DNA of 64,000 nt from Stegostoma tigrinum (taxonomy: Eukaryota), in NCBI RefSeq assembly GCF_030684315.1, contig NC_081393.1, forward strand, positions 14,007,479 to 14,071,478. The letters are read 5' to 3'. The translations under genes and the position numbers were made by a program. The stretch's first letter is position 1; every line of letters begins with the position of its first letter. Under the pieces are notes generated by a model. The model ran no database searches, was not told the origin of the DNA, and saw only the letters and a program-made list of their open reading frames with translations. This document shows positions 47,801 to 60,438 of the stretch, one piece after another.

Positions 47801-50800
47801 GGTAGTATGTTCCGCATTACTTTTCTGTCCACCCTTTATGTTGATGACATCACAAATTTAAATTTTAATGTGTATGTTAACATTTTATCTGCCTTATATA
47901 TAATTTGTCAGCAGTTTGAGGAGAGCTTAATATCATGCAGATTCCGCAAGTTGAGGGAGCATAACATCATGATGAATTCCAGAATAGATTACAGATCTCA
48001 AATCTGTACGCCTCAAGGTTTCTTTGTCCAGTATCGCAGGGGCTCTTCTTGTTCACCTTTTCTATGCTCTGTAGCCATATTGTTTATTTGTTCCCAATTG
48101 TATGAAAATCTGCATTGAACTTGAATTTCAAAACACTTGCAATACAGATCTAACGTTGAGTCAGAATGCTGATGCCTTTAGTGGTGTTCATCATTATGCT
48201 CTTGTGCCCAATTACTGTTATGTTACTTAACACGATAGATGTCAGCTGAGAAATAGTCCTTTTCTGGGATCAACAGAGCCAAAAATCAACATGTGCATGA
48301 TAATGACTGTAGGAAGGTTTCTATTTCCTCGAGGTGATGAGTTTGTTTCTATTTAAATGTGCGTGCTCTCACTACCAGCTTTAACATTCAGTGCAGTTGT
48401 ATGTCATTTTTACACTGAATTATCCCAGAGACACACAGGATAGGAGCTCTAGACAGCCATTTGGCTTTTAAAGCCAGCTTTATCACTTGTTATAATCATG
48501 GCTGATCGTCCAAATCAATAGCTTTTCCACTCATATCCTTTGATGTCCTTAATCCCAAATGCTTTATCCGGATCTTTGAAATTGTACAGTGCTTTGGCCT
48601 CGACAGTTTTCTGTGGTAGTGAATACATTGACTCCCCACTGTCTGAATAAAGAAATTTCTCAACTTCGTCTTCAATTTCCTACCAGCTGCAGTCGTTGAG
48701 CACATGCTTCCTGCATTGGCACTGTGCGGTCCTTTTTAGCATTTTATCACTTTCTGTGAGATCTACCCCCGAATCATTGTTCTGAAGCAAATATAATCCT
48801 ACCCAATTCAATCTGCCCTGACACCTCAGTCCTCCCGTCCAAGCAATGAGTCTATTAAACCTTCAGTGCAATCCATTTACGATAAGAATATCCTTTATAA
48901 GATCATGAGACCAAAACTGTGCACAGTATTCCAAATGTGGTCTCACCAAGGTCCTGTACAATTATAGTACAATTTCACTGCTCCAGTACTCATCCTCTTG
49001 TTTGGAAATGCAACGTAGCATTTGCCGCCTTGACAGCCTGTTGGTCCTGCTTATTTGCCTTCAGTGACTACTGTAGGAGGACATCCAGTTCTCAAAGCAC
49101 AATCCCTCAAATCAGTTTCCAGCGATGCAAATAATAATGCACTTTGCTGTTTTTTTTTCTCCCAGTGTGGATAACTTTACATTTATCCAAATTTAAAATG
49201 CTTCCTCGTCACAACTCCCCCTCGCACCCAACTTTGTGTCTTTGGAAAGAGTACACTTAGTTCCGTCTTATAAATATCAATATATATTCTGAAAAGCAGT
49301 GTCTCAGCACAGATCCCTGCAATAGCCCACAAGTCACTGCCTGCCATTTGGAAAAGACCTGTTTATTTTACCTCCTTTTTGTTTCCCCTCTACCAACCAC
49401 TTTTCAAGCCACCCGAATACACTACCTCCAACTTTGTTGAAAGCCTTCTGATAATCCAAATTACCCACATCCTCCTCCACTCTCCTGACAACCTTCAAGA
49501 ATTTCAGTCAATTGGTCAAGCATGTTTTCTTTTTGGTACATGTGTACTGACTCTGCCCGATCTTATCATCGCATTCCAAATGCGCAGCTATTAAATATTT
49601 CGTAACGGACTCTCGTAATATTTCCCACTGCCAAAGGCTGACTGGCCTTAGTTTATTCTCTTCCTCCTTTTCTTTAAATAAATGAATTACATTAGCTACC
49701 CTCCAATCTGTAGGAACTGTTCGAGTCTATAGAGTTTTGGAAAATGACCAGCTATCCATTCGGTATTTCTAGGGCTACTTCCTTAAGTACACTGGGATGT
49801 AGATTTTCATGCCCTGTATCTGCCCTCAATGCCATCAATTTCGCCAAAGCTATTTTCCTAATGTTAATGAATTCCTTTAGATCTTCCCCTTCTCGAAGCC
49901 CTTTGTTTCATACTTTGGTCTGTTATTTGTGACCTGTTTGTGAACACAGACCAAAATAGATCATAGGATGCCAACTGTGGAAATGGGCTCTTTGGCCCAA
50001 CAAGTCCATACTGACCCTCAAAGCATTCCACCCAGACCAATCCCTCTTTCACCCACCTAATCTGCGTATCCTTGGACTGTGGGAGGAAACCCACACACAC
50101 ACTCAATGTGCGAACTCCACACACTCAGTCACCCGAGGGTGGAATCAGACCCAGGTCCCTGGCACTGTGAGGCAGCAGTGCTAACCACTGAGCCACTGTG
50201 TGGCGCCCAAATAAAGGCTGACACGATCAGCAAGTGCTCATTTTGTCAAAACCCAGGATTGAACCAGGGACCTGTAGACTTTCAGTCGTTATTAAGTTGG
50301 TCAGTAATTTCATTGTTCCAATATAAACTTATGTGTCTCTGTCCATATAATTACCTACATTTTGGATTTACCAATCACATTCTTTTCACATACCTACAGA
50401 AACTTGGACAATCAGTTGTTAGCCTACCCAAGCTTATTCTTGGACTTTATTTTCACATTGGGAATCAATACATTTGTCCTCCCCTTCTGAAGATGAACTT
50501 TGACTCCTCAACTCATTTTTTTTTAAACAGTCAATTTGTGCACCTCTTCTTTGGATCTAATACAATACCTAATTTCCCTTGTAAGGCATGGTTTGTCCAA
50601 ATTTGCCATTGTTACTTTTGTGCCGGGCAACAATAAACAGTTGTTGAACTTCACTTGTGCCCTTTGAATGTTTGACATTGCCTTTGCACCACCGTCCGTT
50701 TAAGTAACCACCTCGTACCATTGTAATTTCCTCTATTTATATTGAGCACCCCAGTCTCAGAATCAACTCTTGATCATATTATGGTGGCTCATCTCAACAG

Positions 50801-53800
50801 GGCCTTGCACAACCAGTTTGCCAATTATTTCTTTCTCGTTACATTGTACCAAGTCTAGGATAGTCTCTTTACTAGTATCTTCTCAATGTATTGGTCCAAA
50901 AAATCCATCCATTCAAGACTATGAGAATTCCTTCACTGTGATATTGTTACTAATTTGATTTGCTGAATCTATATGCAGATTAAAGACACTAATAATTACA
51001 TATGTTACTTTATTACATGTGTTTCTACTTTCCAGTTAGTCATTCCCCAGCAGTCTATAAGCAACCGCTATATTATAAACACCTACAATTATCTAAATTA
51101 AACTCCATCTGCCACTCTTCAGCCCATTCACCCAATTGACATTCTTCAGTGTTCATGATACCACTAATTTTGGTGTTATCTGCACAGTTAATAACCATGC
51201 CTTCTTTATTCACATGTAAGTCATTTGTATAATATTTATGTATAATATATTTTATGGACTTCAGTAAGGCATTTGATAAGGTTCCCCATGGAAGGCTCAT
51301 TCAGAAGGTCAGGAGGAATGGGATACAGGGGAACTTAGCTGCTTGGATACAGAATTGGCTGGCCAACAGAAGACAGCGAGTGGTAGTAGAAGGAAAATAT
51401 TCTGCCTGGAAGTCAGTGGTGAGTGGGGTTCCACAGGGCTCTGTCCTTGGGCCTCTACTGTTTGTAATTTTTATTAATGACTTGGACGAGGGAATTGAAG
51501 GATGGGTCAGCAAGTTTGCAGACGACACAAAGGTCGGAGGTGTCGTTGACAGTGTAGAGGGCTGTTGTAGGCTGCAGCGGGACATTGACAGGATGCAGAG
51601 ATGGGCTGAGAGGTGGCAGATGGAGTTCAACCTGGATAAATGCGAGGTGATGCATTTTGGAAGGTAGAATTTGAAAGCTGAGTACAGGATTAAGGATAGG
51701 ATTCTTGGCAGCGTGGAGGAACAGAGGGATCTTGGTGTGCCGATACATAGATCCCTTAAAATGGCCACCCAAGTGGACAGGGTTGTTAAGAAAGCATATG
51801 GTGTTTTGGCTTTCATTAACAGGGGTATTGAGTTTAAGAGTCGTGAGATCTTGTTGCAGCTCTATAAAACTTTGGTTAGACCGCACTTGGAATACTGCGT
51901 CCAGTTCTGGGCGCCCTATTATAGGAAAGATGTGGATGCTTTGGAGAGGGTTCAGAGGAGGTTTACCAGGATGCTGCCTGGACTGGAGGGCTTATCTTAT
52001 GAAGAGAGGTTGACTGAGCTCGGTCTCTTTTCATTGGAGAAAAGGAGGAGGAGAGGTGACCTAATTGAGGTATACAAGATAATGAGAGGCATAGATAGAG
52101 TCGATAGCCAGAGACTATTTCCCAGGGCAGAAATGGCTAGCACGAGGGGTCATAGTTTTAAGCTGGTTGGTGGAAAGTATAGAGGGGATGTCAGAGGCAG
52201 GTTCTTTACGCAGAGAGTTGTGAGAGCATGGAATGCGTTGCCAGCAGCAGTTGTGGAAGCAAGGTCATTGGGGTCATTTAAGAGACTGCTGGACATGCAT
52301 ATGGTCACAGAAATTTGAGGGTGCATACATGAGGATCAATGGTCGGCACAACATTGTGGGCTGAAGGGCCTGTTCTGTGCTGTACTGTTCTATGTTCTAT
52401 GTTCTATAAATGATAGGCAAAAGTGGACCCAGCGCCGATCCATGTGGAATACTGCAGATTGCAGTCCGAAAAACAACCTCAATCATGGTCTGTTCTGGAC
52501 CTTAGTTCTCCTTTATCTGACTCCTTGGTTCCCATTCTCCTGCCATTTTAGTTTAAAGCCTCCCAATCACTCCCTACTATTCCTCACATCGGTCCCCATT
52601 CTGCCCAGATGTAAACCGCCCAGTTTGTACTGGCTCACGTTCCCCCAGAACCGGTCCTCATGCCTCACGAATCTGAAACCATCCCCCGCAGATTGCCTTT
52701 GCCTTTTCAATCACATGTTCAACTGCTATATCCTGTTATTTCTACTTGACTAACCTTTGACACTGAAAGTAATCCTGAAATCACTACCTTGGAGACCCTA
52801 CTTTTTCCGAAATTAGTTCCTAACTCCCACTTCTCTGCTTTTAGCTCCTTGTGCTTTTGTTTATTTGTAATTTAAACCTTGTATATCAAGACCACTGTTT
52901 ACTCTGACCCTTTGAATGTTCTGAAGCTGCTCCAAGACATCTTTGATACAAGCATCAGGGAGGCAACATACCACAAACAAAAACAGAAATTGCTGGAAAA
53001 TCTTAGCAAATCTGGCAGCATTTGTGGAGAGAAAACAGTTGACATTTCAGGACAGGTGATCCTCCTTCAGTTAAGAGGCAACACACTGTCTAGGAGTCTC
53101 ATTTGCCGGCAAAGAAACCTCTGTCTGTTCTCTTTACAGTTGAATCCCATGTAAGTATTGGATTCCCGCACTTGTTACTCCTCCCCCATGCAGCAGAGCC
53201 AACCATGGTGCAATGAATTTTAGTGTTTTCCTTTCCCCTGAGAGACCATTCCTGTCAATGGTATCCAAAGTGGTATATCTCTTTTGCAGGGGAATAGCCA
53301 TGAGATTTGTGCAATGCCTGCCTGGTTCTCCTCCTCAGCCTGGTGGCTACCCATTCCCTTCCTGGCCATGGAGTCTGAGCCTGTGGTACGACACCACCAC
53401 CATACCCCCCAAATATGTGCTATCCGTGATACTTGCTGCCTCGCAGATGCTCGATAGGTCCCTGGCTGTAAAATCTGGGCTTCTGGAGATGTTTCCTGCA
53501 TGCATGCTAGCCATGGGGGCTTGAACTGTGCTTGACTTGGCACATAGAGCAAGAAGAGCACATCACAGCTTTCAGTGCTCCTGCTACAATTTACCCCTTT
53601 AAATTAAATGGTTAAACTTTCAATGAATAAGCCATTCAAGACTGAGGTGAGGAGGCATTCCTTCATTCAGAGTTGTGAACCTGTGAAACTCTCAATGACA
53701 GAAAGCTGTTGGGGCCAGTTCGTTAGATATATTCGAGAGAGCTGGATGTGGCCCTTGTGGCTAAAGGTATCAAAGGGTATGGAAAGATAGCGGGAGTGGC

Positions 53801-55692
53801 GTACTGAAATTTCAAGATCTGCCATGATTATACTGAGTGACATGCAGGCTCGAAGGGCTGAATGGCCTGTGCTTACACCTATTTTCCATTTTTTTGGAAG
53901 ATGCGTTATTTTAAATGCTCAAGGGCCCTTATTCTGTGGTTAATTTTACTACAGTATGTTATCCTTATCAACTACAAAAGGACAAAAATGCAAAAAGTAC
54001 CTCTTCCTCTCTACACTGAATTCCCGCTGTTTTAATTTCCTAGAAAATCACGTGCTGCAATTGTTCCTGGCTCAATGTGCTCTGTCCTGACTGCTCATGT
54101 GGAGCTTGTTAATAGAGATGCAGGGACATCAGAGTAGTATTCTACCTGTATTTTTGGCAATGTATAAACACGGCAAGAAATATCTCAACTATGTTGGGCA
54201 AGAATTGTCCAGGAAGTTGCAGCCAAGATCTTTCTTAACTTGTATCAGAGATAATAGGAACTGCAGATGCTGGAGAATTTGAGATGACAATGTGTAGAGC
54301 TGGATGAACACAGCAGGCCAAGCAGCATCTTGTGTTCATCCAGCTCTCCACTTTGTTATCTCTTTCGTAACTTGTTCTTTTTTGAACACTTCAACTTGGT
54401 TTGCTTTTTGAAAGTTAAGATTCAGTGTCAGAAAAATCTTATTCTGGATAACGGTATGTTCCTGCATCTCAAAATTGTTTCATCTGATGCAACAGAACCG
54501 CATTAGATGAGGTTTATTTTCAAGTCAACGCATTACTGGAGAAACTGAGCAGATCTTGGCAGCATCTGTGGACAGAGAAAGACTTGATGTTTTGGGTCTA
54601 ACATCACTTGAATAAATCTGAAAGGAGCTGCTAAATGGCAATTTCCATGCTTGTGATTAAGTTGTTGATTCTAAGTGGGACAGATGGCGATAGTGCCCAG
54701 AGCAAACGCCAAAGGGGGTACCAGTGGTGGTGAAGGAGCTGTATAGATGTGAACTCGTATAGGTGACAGGTGTGAAAAGGAGAAAATTAATCCACCGAGG
54801 GTTGGGGGCGATGCCCTAGTGGTATTATTGCCAGACTATTAATCCAGTAACTCAGCTAATATTTCTGGGGACCTGAATTTGAACCCTGCCATGGCAGATG
54901 ATGGAATTTGAATTTAGTAAAAAAAAAAAATCAGGAATTAACAGGAATTAAGAATCTACTGATGACCATTAAACCATTGTCGGAGATACCCATCAGGTTC
55001 ACTAATGTCCTTCAGGCGAAGAAATCTGCTGTCCTCACCTGGTTTGGCCTACATGTGACTCCAGACCCATGCAACATGGTTGCCCTCTGAAATGGCCTAA
55101 CAAGCCATTCAGTTGTACCAATCGCTACAAAGTCTGTTCAGTGGCAACTAAGGACTGGCAAAATATGCTGGCCGGCCAGTAATAACCACATCCCACGAAT
55201 GCATTTTAAAAAATTTAGTGAGCAAAGTCAACAAGGCACAAACTAAAACACAGCGGGAGTGTTATAATCAAAACAAAGGAAAGTTATTGTGCTGTGCAGT
55301 TGAACTCAGTCTTGCGCCATGAAGTTTAAAAAAAATCAAGTGATGTTTGTCCAGCTTGCATTGAACTTAATTGGAACACTTTTTTCGTTAAATGGGATTA
55401 TCAAGTAAAGATTTTTACTTGCAAGTGTCCTTAAGAACACAGAGATAAGTCTGTATAAATCCGCTCAGCCCAAGTAGACCTTTGAGGCTTCATCAGTCAT
55501 TCCAATTTGTTGTTTTTCCCACTAGCAAGTACTTCACCTTTCAATTGGTTTATTTTTCCTATTTGTTTTGACAATCTATCTTGTTATGACTAATTATTCT
55601 CCTTTCCCTTTCAGGAATTTAATCTGATTGACAGGAAAGAGCTTGCTCCACTCCAAGATCTAATTGAAAAACTTGGATCAAAGGACAGATGA
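38883..55692 (+). CDS. MOB1A: MOB kinase activator 1A (Hippo/LATS co-activator), complete, 216 aa, 6 coding exons
   Basis: join(38883-38896,42070-42236,43464-43557,46969-47102,47638-47801,55615-55692) = 651 nt; MOB1A-type residues LRQAVM, WIAVN, GPRYEY, FDSVMQ, KLGSKDR; T12 and T35 present. Confidence 0.96.
39681..39875. mobile_element. Penelope-like insertion, head-to-head inverted halves (related subfamily)
   Basis: Imperfect palindrome centred on ttcttcttct/gaagaagaag (39761-39780); degenerate TSD atgagttgtgcaga / atgagttgcacaga. Confidence 0.75.
42070..42236 (+). CDS. MOB1A: MOB1A exon 2 (167 nt)
   Basis: [55 protein letters not shown]; donor gtaagt. Confidence 0.96.
43464..43557 (+). 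CDS. MOB1A: MOB1A exon 3 (94 nt)
   Basis: [31 protein letters not shown]; donor gtagga. Confidence 0.96.
45430..45905 (+). mobile_element. Decayed CR1 3' fragment
   Basis: ttttcctttgagcagcgaaagctgagggtggacctgattgaggtc...cccagagggtgatgggg. Confidence 0.7.
46969..47102 (+). CDS. MOB1A: MOB1A exon 4 (134 nt)
   Basis: [44 protein letters not shown]; donor gtgagc. Confidence 0.96.
47638..47801 (+). CDS. MOB1A: MOB1A exon 5 (164 nt)
   Basis: [55 protein letters not shown]; donor gtagta. Confidence 0.96.
49957..50208 (-). mobile_element. tRNA-derived V-SINE (HE1-like), internally deleted
   Basis: Reverse complement of the same family as 19638-19950. Confidence 0.85.
50244..50287 (-). pseudogene. 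tRNA-Phe(GAA) 3'-half fragment
   Basis: Minus strand GACTGAAAGTCTACAGGTCCCTGGTTCAATCCTGGGTTTTGACA vs vertebrate tRNA-Phe GACTGAAGATCTAAAGGTCCCTGGTTCGATCCCGGGTTTCGGCA; no D arm or 5' acceptor strand. Confidence 0.75.
51244..52407 (+). mobile_element. Young 5'-truncated CR1-clade (HER1-like) LINE, RT C-terminus plus 3' UTR and microsatellite tail
   Basis: [11 protein letters not shown]...[13 protein letters not shown]...KFADDTK...[16 protein letters not shown]; a single internal TAG at 51665; 3' end ggctgaagggcctgttctgtgctgtac(tgttcta)n. Confidence 0.93.
53625..53890 (+). mobile_element. CR1 3' fragment
   Basis: ttcaagactgaggtgaggagg...cagagttgtgaacctgtg...aggctcgaagggctgaatggcct. Confidence 0.7.
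54244..54360. mobile_element. Penelope-like mini-insertion with inversion, 15-bp TSD (1 mismatch)
   Basis: tctttcttaacttgt (54229-54243) / tctttcgtaacttgt (54361-54375). Confidence 0.8.
54808..55212 (+). mobile_element. Second tRNA-headed SINE family, near full length
   Basis: ctagtggtattattgccagactattaatccag...ggttcactaatgtccttc...cctacatgtgactccagaccc...cacatcccacgaatg-A tail; homologous copies at 3487, 16402 and 36525. Confidence 0.8.
55615..55692 (+). CDS. MOB1A: MOB1A exon 6 coding part
   Basis: [28 protein letters not shown] at 55690-55692. Confidence 0.96.
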   Translation, partial: EFNLIDRKELAPLQDLIEKLGSKDR

Positions 55693-58600
55693 GTGTTCTT
55701 AAAGGATTGGAACCGTTTTTTCCACATCGGCATGATCTTAGTGCTTCTCTTTTTCTACCTTCAAGATCCCCATTTCCTGCACATACACAGTATGATGTGT
55801 GATCATTGTGAGCATGCTCTGTGGAAAAATCCATTGTCTCTGTAATTGTTAAATAGTACTTCAGTATTTAGGATGAATAACCTTTGGATAAACAAGTCAG
55901 TAAGCGGTTGGTTCTAGCCAGATGTCAGTGTTCTGAAGAACATGACCTGTTGAAAAGTTCAAAGGCGCCCAAACATTCTAGACGATCTTATTAAGGATAT
56001 TGCAATATTGATTTTGTTTTTGTCTAGGTATGTCTAGCAGACTTAGCAAAATGTGTTGGTTAAAGCATGCTAAAGACATTTAGGGAAGAGAAAACTATTG
56101 CTGTGTTAGTTTGATACTGTAGGACTCTTGATGGTGGATTTCTAGTCTGGATTTCTGGTCTCTGCATGCTCCATCTTCTTGTGCTTTTTATTTGAGGGAA
56201 CATGGAAAACTGATTTTTGTCCTCAAGTTGAAAGCAAACTGGAACTTGTGCAGGTTGAATGTATGTTTTAAATGGGTTGATTTGCAGTGTGACTGCAGGT
56301 TGTTCGTGCTGCAAATAGACCAATTAATTGTAGACTAGTTAATTGTACACAGTCTCTAAATGTACTTCTTGAATTTAAAAGATAGGGGAAATTTTTTTGA
56401 ACTTTGCATACACATACATTATACGCTGATCTCTATCAGTGTTGATGGTGTTTTGATTGACTCAGTGAGGCATGTTTGTCCATGTCTTAGGCTGACAGTA
56501 CAGCGATTTGAAAAATTGTTACTGAAAGCCTGAATTTTCAAAATTTTTATTCAGAATTACTCAACTACTTAAACTTCAGTTAATTTCTTCACATGAGTAA
56601 TTGGTTTTAAATTGAAGATACGTGGTTTTAAATTGTTTTGCTTGAGGAATATCGAAGTAGCACAGTGACCTACTGCAGAAGAAAAAGTACCACTACTTGG
56701 TTTTCTCTTAACCCCTAAAAATACATGTACCAAGCTGTCAACATACTGTCTGTAACCCGCTGATGATTGTACAAATTCACTGTTGCCATTTAAAGCTCTC
56801 CTATTGTTTGGTTTCTGACAACACATTTTCTGAACCACTTCTTGTGATTTCTAAATTGCCACTCAGTTTGACTCTCTTGTGACTGTAATTTTGGATTATA
56901 ACACAGAGCATGTACGATTGCATATTGTGAAAACTGTGTTGCCTTTATTTCTTATGTTATTAGATGCACTTTGGGGACTGTGCCCAGTTGCCTTAACTAG
57001 ACTACTTTTTCGAAACTTGGTCAGTCATGCTTTAATATTGAATATTTTTTTTAAAGTTTTTACACACAAGGTGAATAAGAAACTTTGCAGCAGGATGTAA
57101 CTTTTTAACCTGTGATTGCATTATAGCAACAGTCACGGGACAAGGGTTTTTTTTTAAAATCTAGCAATAATGTGCTTTAAGTATATGGCAATTTTGTTTT
57201 TATATATTTTAAATATCATTGTCCAAATATGGGCGACTACTGAAAATAACCACCTGCCAGGTCTAAGTATTTTAAATTGTATTTTGCTGCGAACCAAGCT
57301 GTGGAATAGTTTCCCTGTTTAATGGTCGAGAAGAATTGAACAGTCTTGGCATTTCAGTCACTTGCATTCTTCTTATCAAATGTTGCTGTTAGTTCTTTTC
57401 TGTTGAGCACAATAAAAAGGTTGAGGAAGTTTATGATTGAATTTAAAATTTGAAGTACAAGTTGAGTGAAAGCTTTTATTCGTGTTCGGACCTTCTCAAT
57501 TTCAAAAACCAAAAATAATTCCAGTTTTTCAACCATAATGCATCCAATGAACTGTGGCCTTAATGCATTCTCTTGTACAGAAGCTTCCTTCGTCTTCATT
57601 TGGTTATTATCATTATAACCATGTTCTTCACATGGTAATTTCATACCACTAGGATTGAGAAATGGAAATTAAGATGTCCATTATGCAACTGTAGAGGCTT
57701 ACTGCAGCAGTTCAGAACGAAATTTGGAAACAAATTTAAGGTTGGGAGAATTCATCTTGTCTCAATGATTCAAAATCAATAATGATTCCTCATGAATGAA
57801 GATTAATTGAGAAGAATTGTCTTTCTGATCAATGAGCTAAAATTAGACACAAGGTTGTGAAGAACACTTTTTTATAATGTGAATTCTGACTTCCAAGTGA
57901 GAGTGCAATACGTTTTTCATGACTTTAAACACTGGATTGCAAATCTTGACTTTTCTTACTAACATAACTTTAGGATTGAATAATTATCACTTCTGAATTT
58001 TGGTACAGTGTAATTTCCAAGGTGTGTGCATATGTGGCAGGGACAGGGTATTTTTGGGAAGGAAGTAATTCACAATTTTTTGCACTTAGAATGTTTCAAA
58101 CAATGCTTTCTGCAGCACCAATTTAAGCTGTAAACCAGTAAATTCAACGTCTGTCCCTCTTAACGGCTCATGAACCAAACTGAATCAGCATTTAATGCTT
58201 TTGAGTGTGTACATTCTAGAAGTTTTCTTAATGTAGACAATATGCAAGGAAAGCGTATTTGTAAAGTATGAGCATCACACTTGAAAGACTGTTGATACCA
58301 GTTGTCTTTTGGATGGTGGCCACGTGCAGTTTTTCTTGGATTCATGTCTGAAAAGATCATTATGGTTGATATAATATTGTCAGCTTGTACAGTACTGTTT
58401 TTGTGATAGTAGCCCTCTGTGCTTTTAAGCAACGTGGCCAAATTGGAGTTGCTTACCATCTCAAATCCTCTAAATTGAGATGATTAGGGACTGTGAAGTA
58501 GAATACAGCAATCACAAGCCAATTCATTAGGTAGCATGTTTTAGTTCTCCTTTGTAGGAAAAGTTGGTGGTATACAGATATGAATCTAAACACTTCCAAT

Positions 58601-59151
58601 CCAGCTTTAGGAATATCAGCAGTTTGGCATGTCCAAAGCATCATGGCAATAGTGGTGATTGTTAGTTACAAGCATAGATTTGTTCTTGAATTTAAGTTGT
58701 TGGTACGTAGCTTGGGTGGTTTAAATTGAGCCAGATGAGGTGCACTCTCGATCATTTTGTCTTGGAGATGAGGTGACTTTAAATTTAGTGTCAGGTCAAA
58801 TTTTCACTGGGAGTGTAGTCAGGATTAGATGGAACTTAAGGAAGACTGGAATTCAAAACATGGTACACTAAATTTTTTTTACTGCATTTGAACTGGAACA
58901 TGATGCAATCACAGCAGTGATCACTAAATCGAAGTACGGAATCAATTGGTATTTAAGGCTTGAGGAAAAACTGTGGGGAAAACTGAGGAAAAGTTGGAGA
59001 GCCGTAAGATTTTGGTCAGTCTTTTCAGAGCCTGGCCAATGTCCAGATTCTCAATTCTTGAACTCAATAATTTGTCATGGGCAATTTTTTCCCCAGTTTG
59101 AGCAATCTCTGGTTTCATCGTAATTTCATTTATTCTCTAAGTTACATTGCA

Positions 59152-59166
59152 AATAAAATGATTAAA
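59152..59166 (+). terminator. Candidate distal polyadenylation signals of MOB1A
   Basis: AATAAA at 59152 and ATTAAA at 59161 followed by a U-rich tract; proximal AATAAA at 57411. Confidence 0.5.
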
Positions 59167-60132
59167 ACCACTTGTTTTTATTCACTTTGAAATAAGCATT
59201 GCACTTGTTTTGCCCTCCCAATTTAAAACTATAACTAAGGCTAGCTCTTGACAAGTCGTAGAATCTTTCCCAAATGGTGGCAATCTTACACAATTGCCAC
59301 TCCATCATTCCATTTTTCTGAAGGCAGTTTGATTTGCATTTCTGACAGGAGATTACAATCAGGGTTTCATTTTGAAAATGCAGAATTGTTCACGGAAGGC
59401 AAACGATTCACCTGCTGCCATATTCTGAAATATAATGGTCAAGATAGCTACTCAACAAATGCTTTCAAATGAGTTAGGTGTGATGTCAGGGTGCGAGCTG
59501 GTAATGAAACCAGCTCAGTACTGGAGTGTCTAAGGGAAGAGAAATCTGGTCTGGATGTGTCTGGTTTGGCATCTGCAGAAGTAATGTTGTGTGGAGCTAA
59601 AAGCCCGAGTGGGATAGGAGCAACATTGTTGGGTCTATTCGTGAGACAAGAGCTGAGTGGGCCTCCAAAGTGGGGTCTGGGATGGAGAGTGGTTGGGGAC
59701 AGGGAGTGCATTTAGTTGGATGGGTCAACTGTAAGATTGAAGGGGTGCAGGGAGTTGGCTGGGTATTGGAAGAGTGGGTACGAGGTGGTGATTGCAAGAT
59801 GAAGGGATGTGACGGGTCGCAGGAAAGACAGCCATGTTTCACGTGGATGGAGAGAGAGAAGAGGAGGAGGGGCCATTGCATTGTTGGGTGGGGCGGCGGT
59901 GCTGAGACCATGTTTGTGGCGTATGTCTGCAGAAGGGATGACCCTGGTGTGGGAGACGAGAAAGGCTAGCATGTGCAGGGATAAGGGTGAGTAGCAAACT
60001 CAAAATACTGTTTCAGCTTGGGACTGTTTCCTGTCAGTTAGAATTTTCTATTCAGGTTGCTACTGTCACTTTTCCATAATGTACAACCTGTTTTCCAAGT
60101 TGTTATATGGTACAATTCCAGTATTTTTTTGA

Positions 60133-60438
60133 AGATTGATTAGATTAGATTGATTCCCTACAGTGTGGAAACAGACCCTTCGGCCCAACAAGTCTACACC
60201 GCCCCTTGAAGCATCCCACCCAGACCCATCTCCTTATAACCCACCCACCCCTGATCACTACGGGCAATTTAGCATGGCCAATCCACCTAGCCTACACATC
60301 TTTGGACTGTGGGAGGAAACCCACGCAGACACGAGGAGAATATGCAAACTCCACACAGACAGTCACCCGAGGTGGGAATCGAACCCAGGTCCCTGGCGCT
60401 GTGAGACTGCAGTGCTAACCACTGAGCTGCTGTGCCAC
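60133..60438 (-). mobile_element. tRNA-derived V-SINE (HE1-like)
   Basis: Same family; (gatta)n tail at 60133-60155, head ends tgtgccacc. Confidence 0.88.

Larger units (their letters stand above)
48440..53600 (-). mobile_element. Old fragmented antisense CR1 LINE(s) in MOB1A intron 5, interrupted by younger insertions
   Basis: Minus-strand CR1 ORF2 remnants ([11 protein letters not shown]...[14 protein letters not shown] at 51073-51240; GPLL-type motif resumes at ~52408). Confidence 0.65.

Noticed and set aside
50244-50287. Functional tRNA-Phe
   Set aside because: Only the 3' 44 nt are present, with several substitutions.
51254-52318. Host gene or domesticated reverse transcriptase
   Set aside because: 5'-truncated, internal stop at 51665, no endonuclease domain, typical CR1 3' tail. 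The overlapping ORFs 51301-51816, 51455-51886 and 51705-52013 are shadow frames.
38883-55692. MOB1B assignment
   Set aside because: Diagnostic residues (Q in LRQAVM, I in WIAVN, R in GPRY, DSVM, LGSKDR) and linkage to MTHFD2 favour MOB1A.
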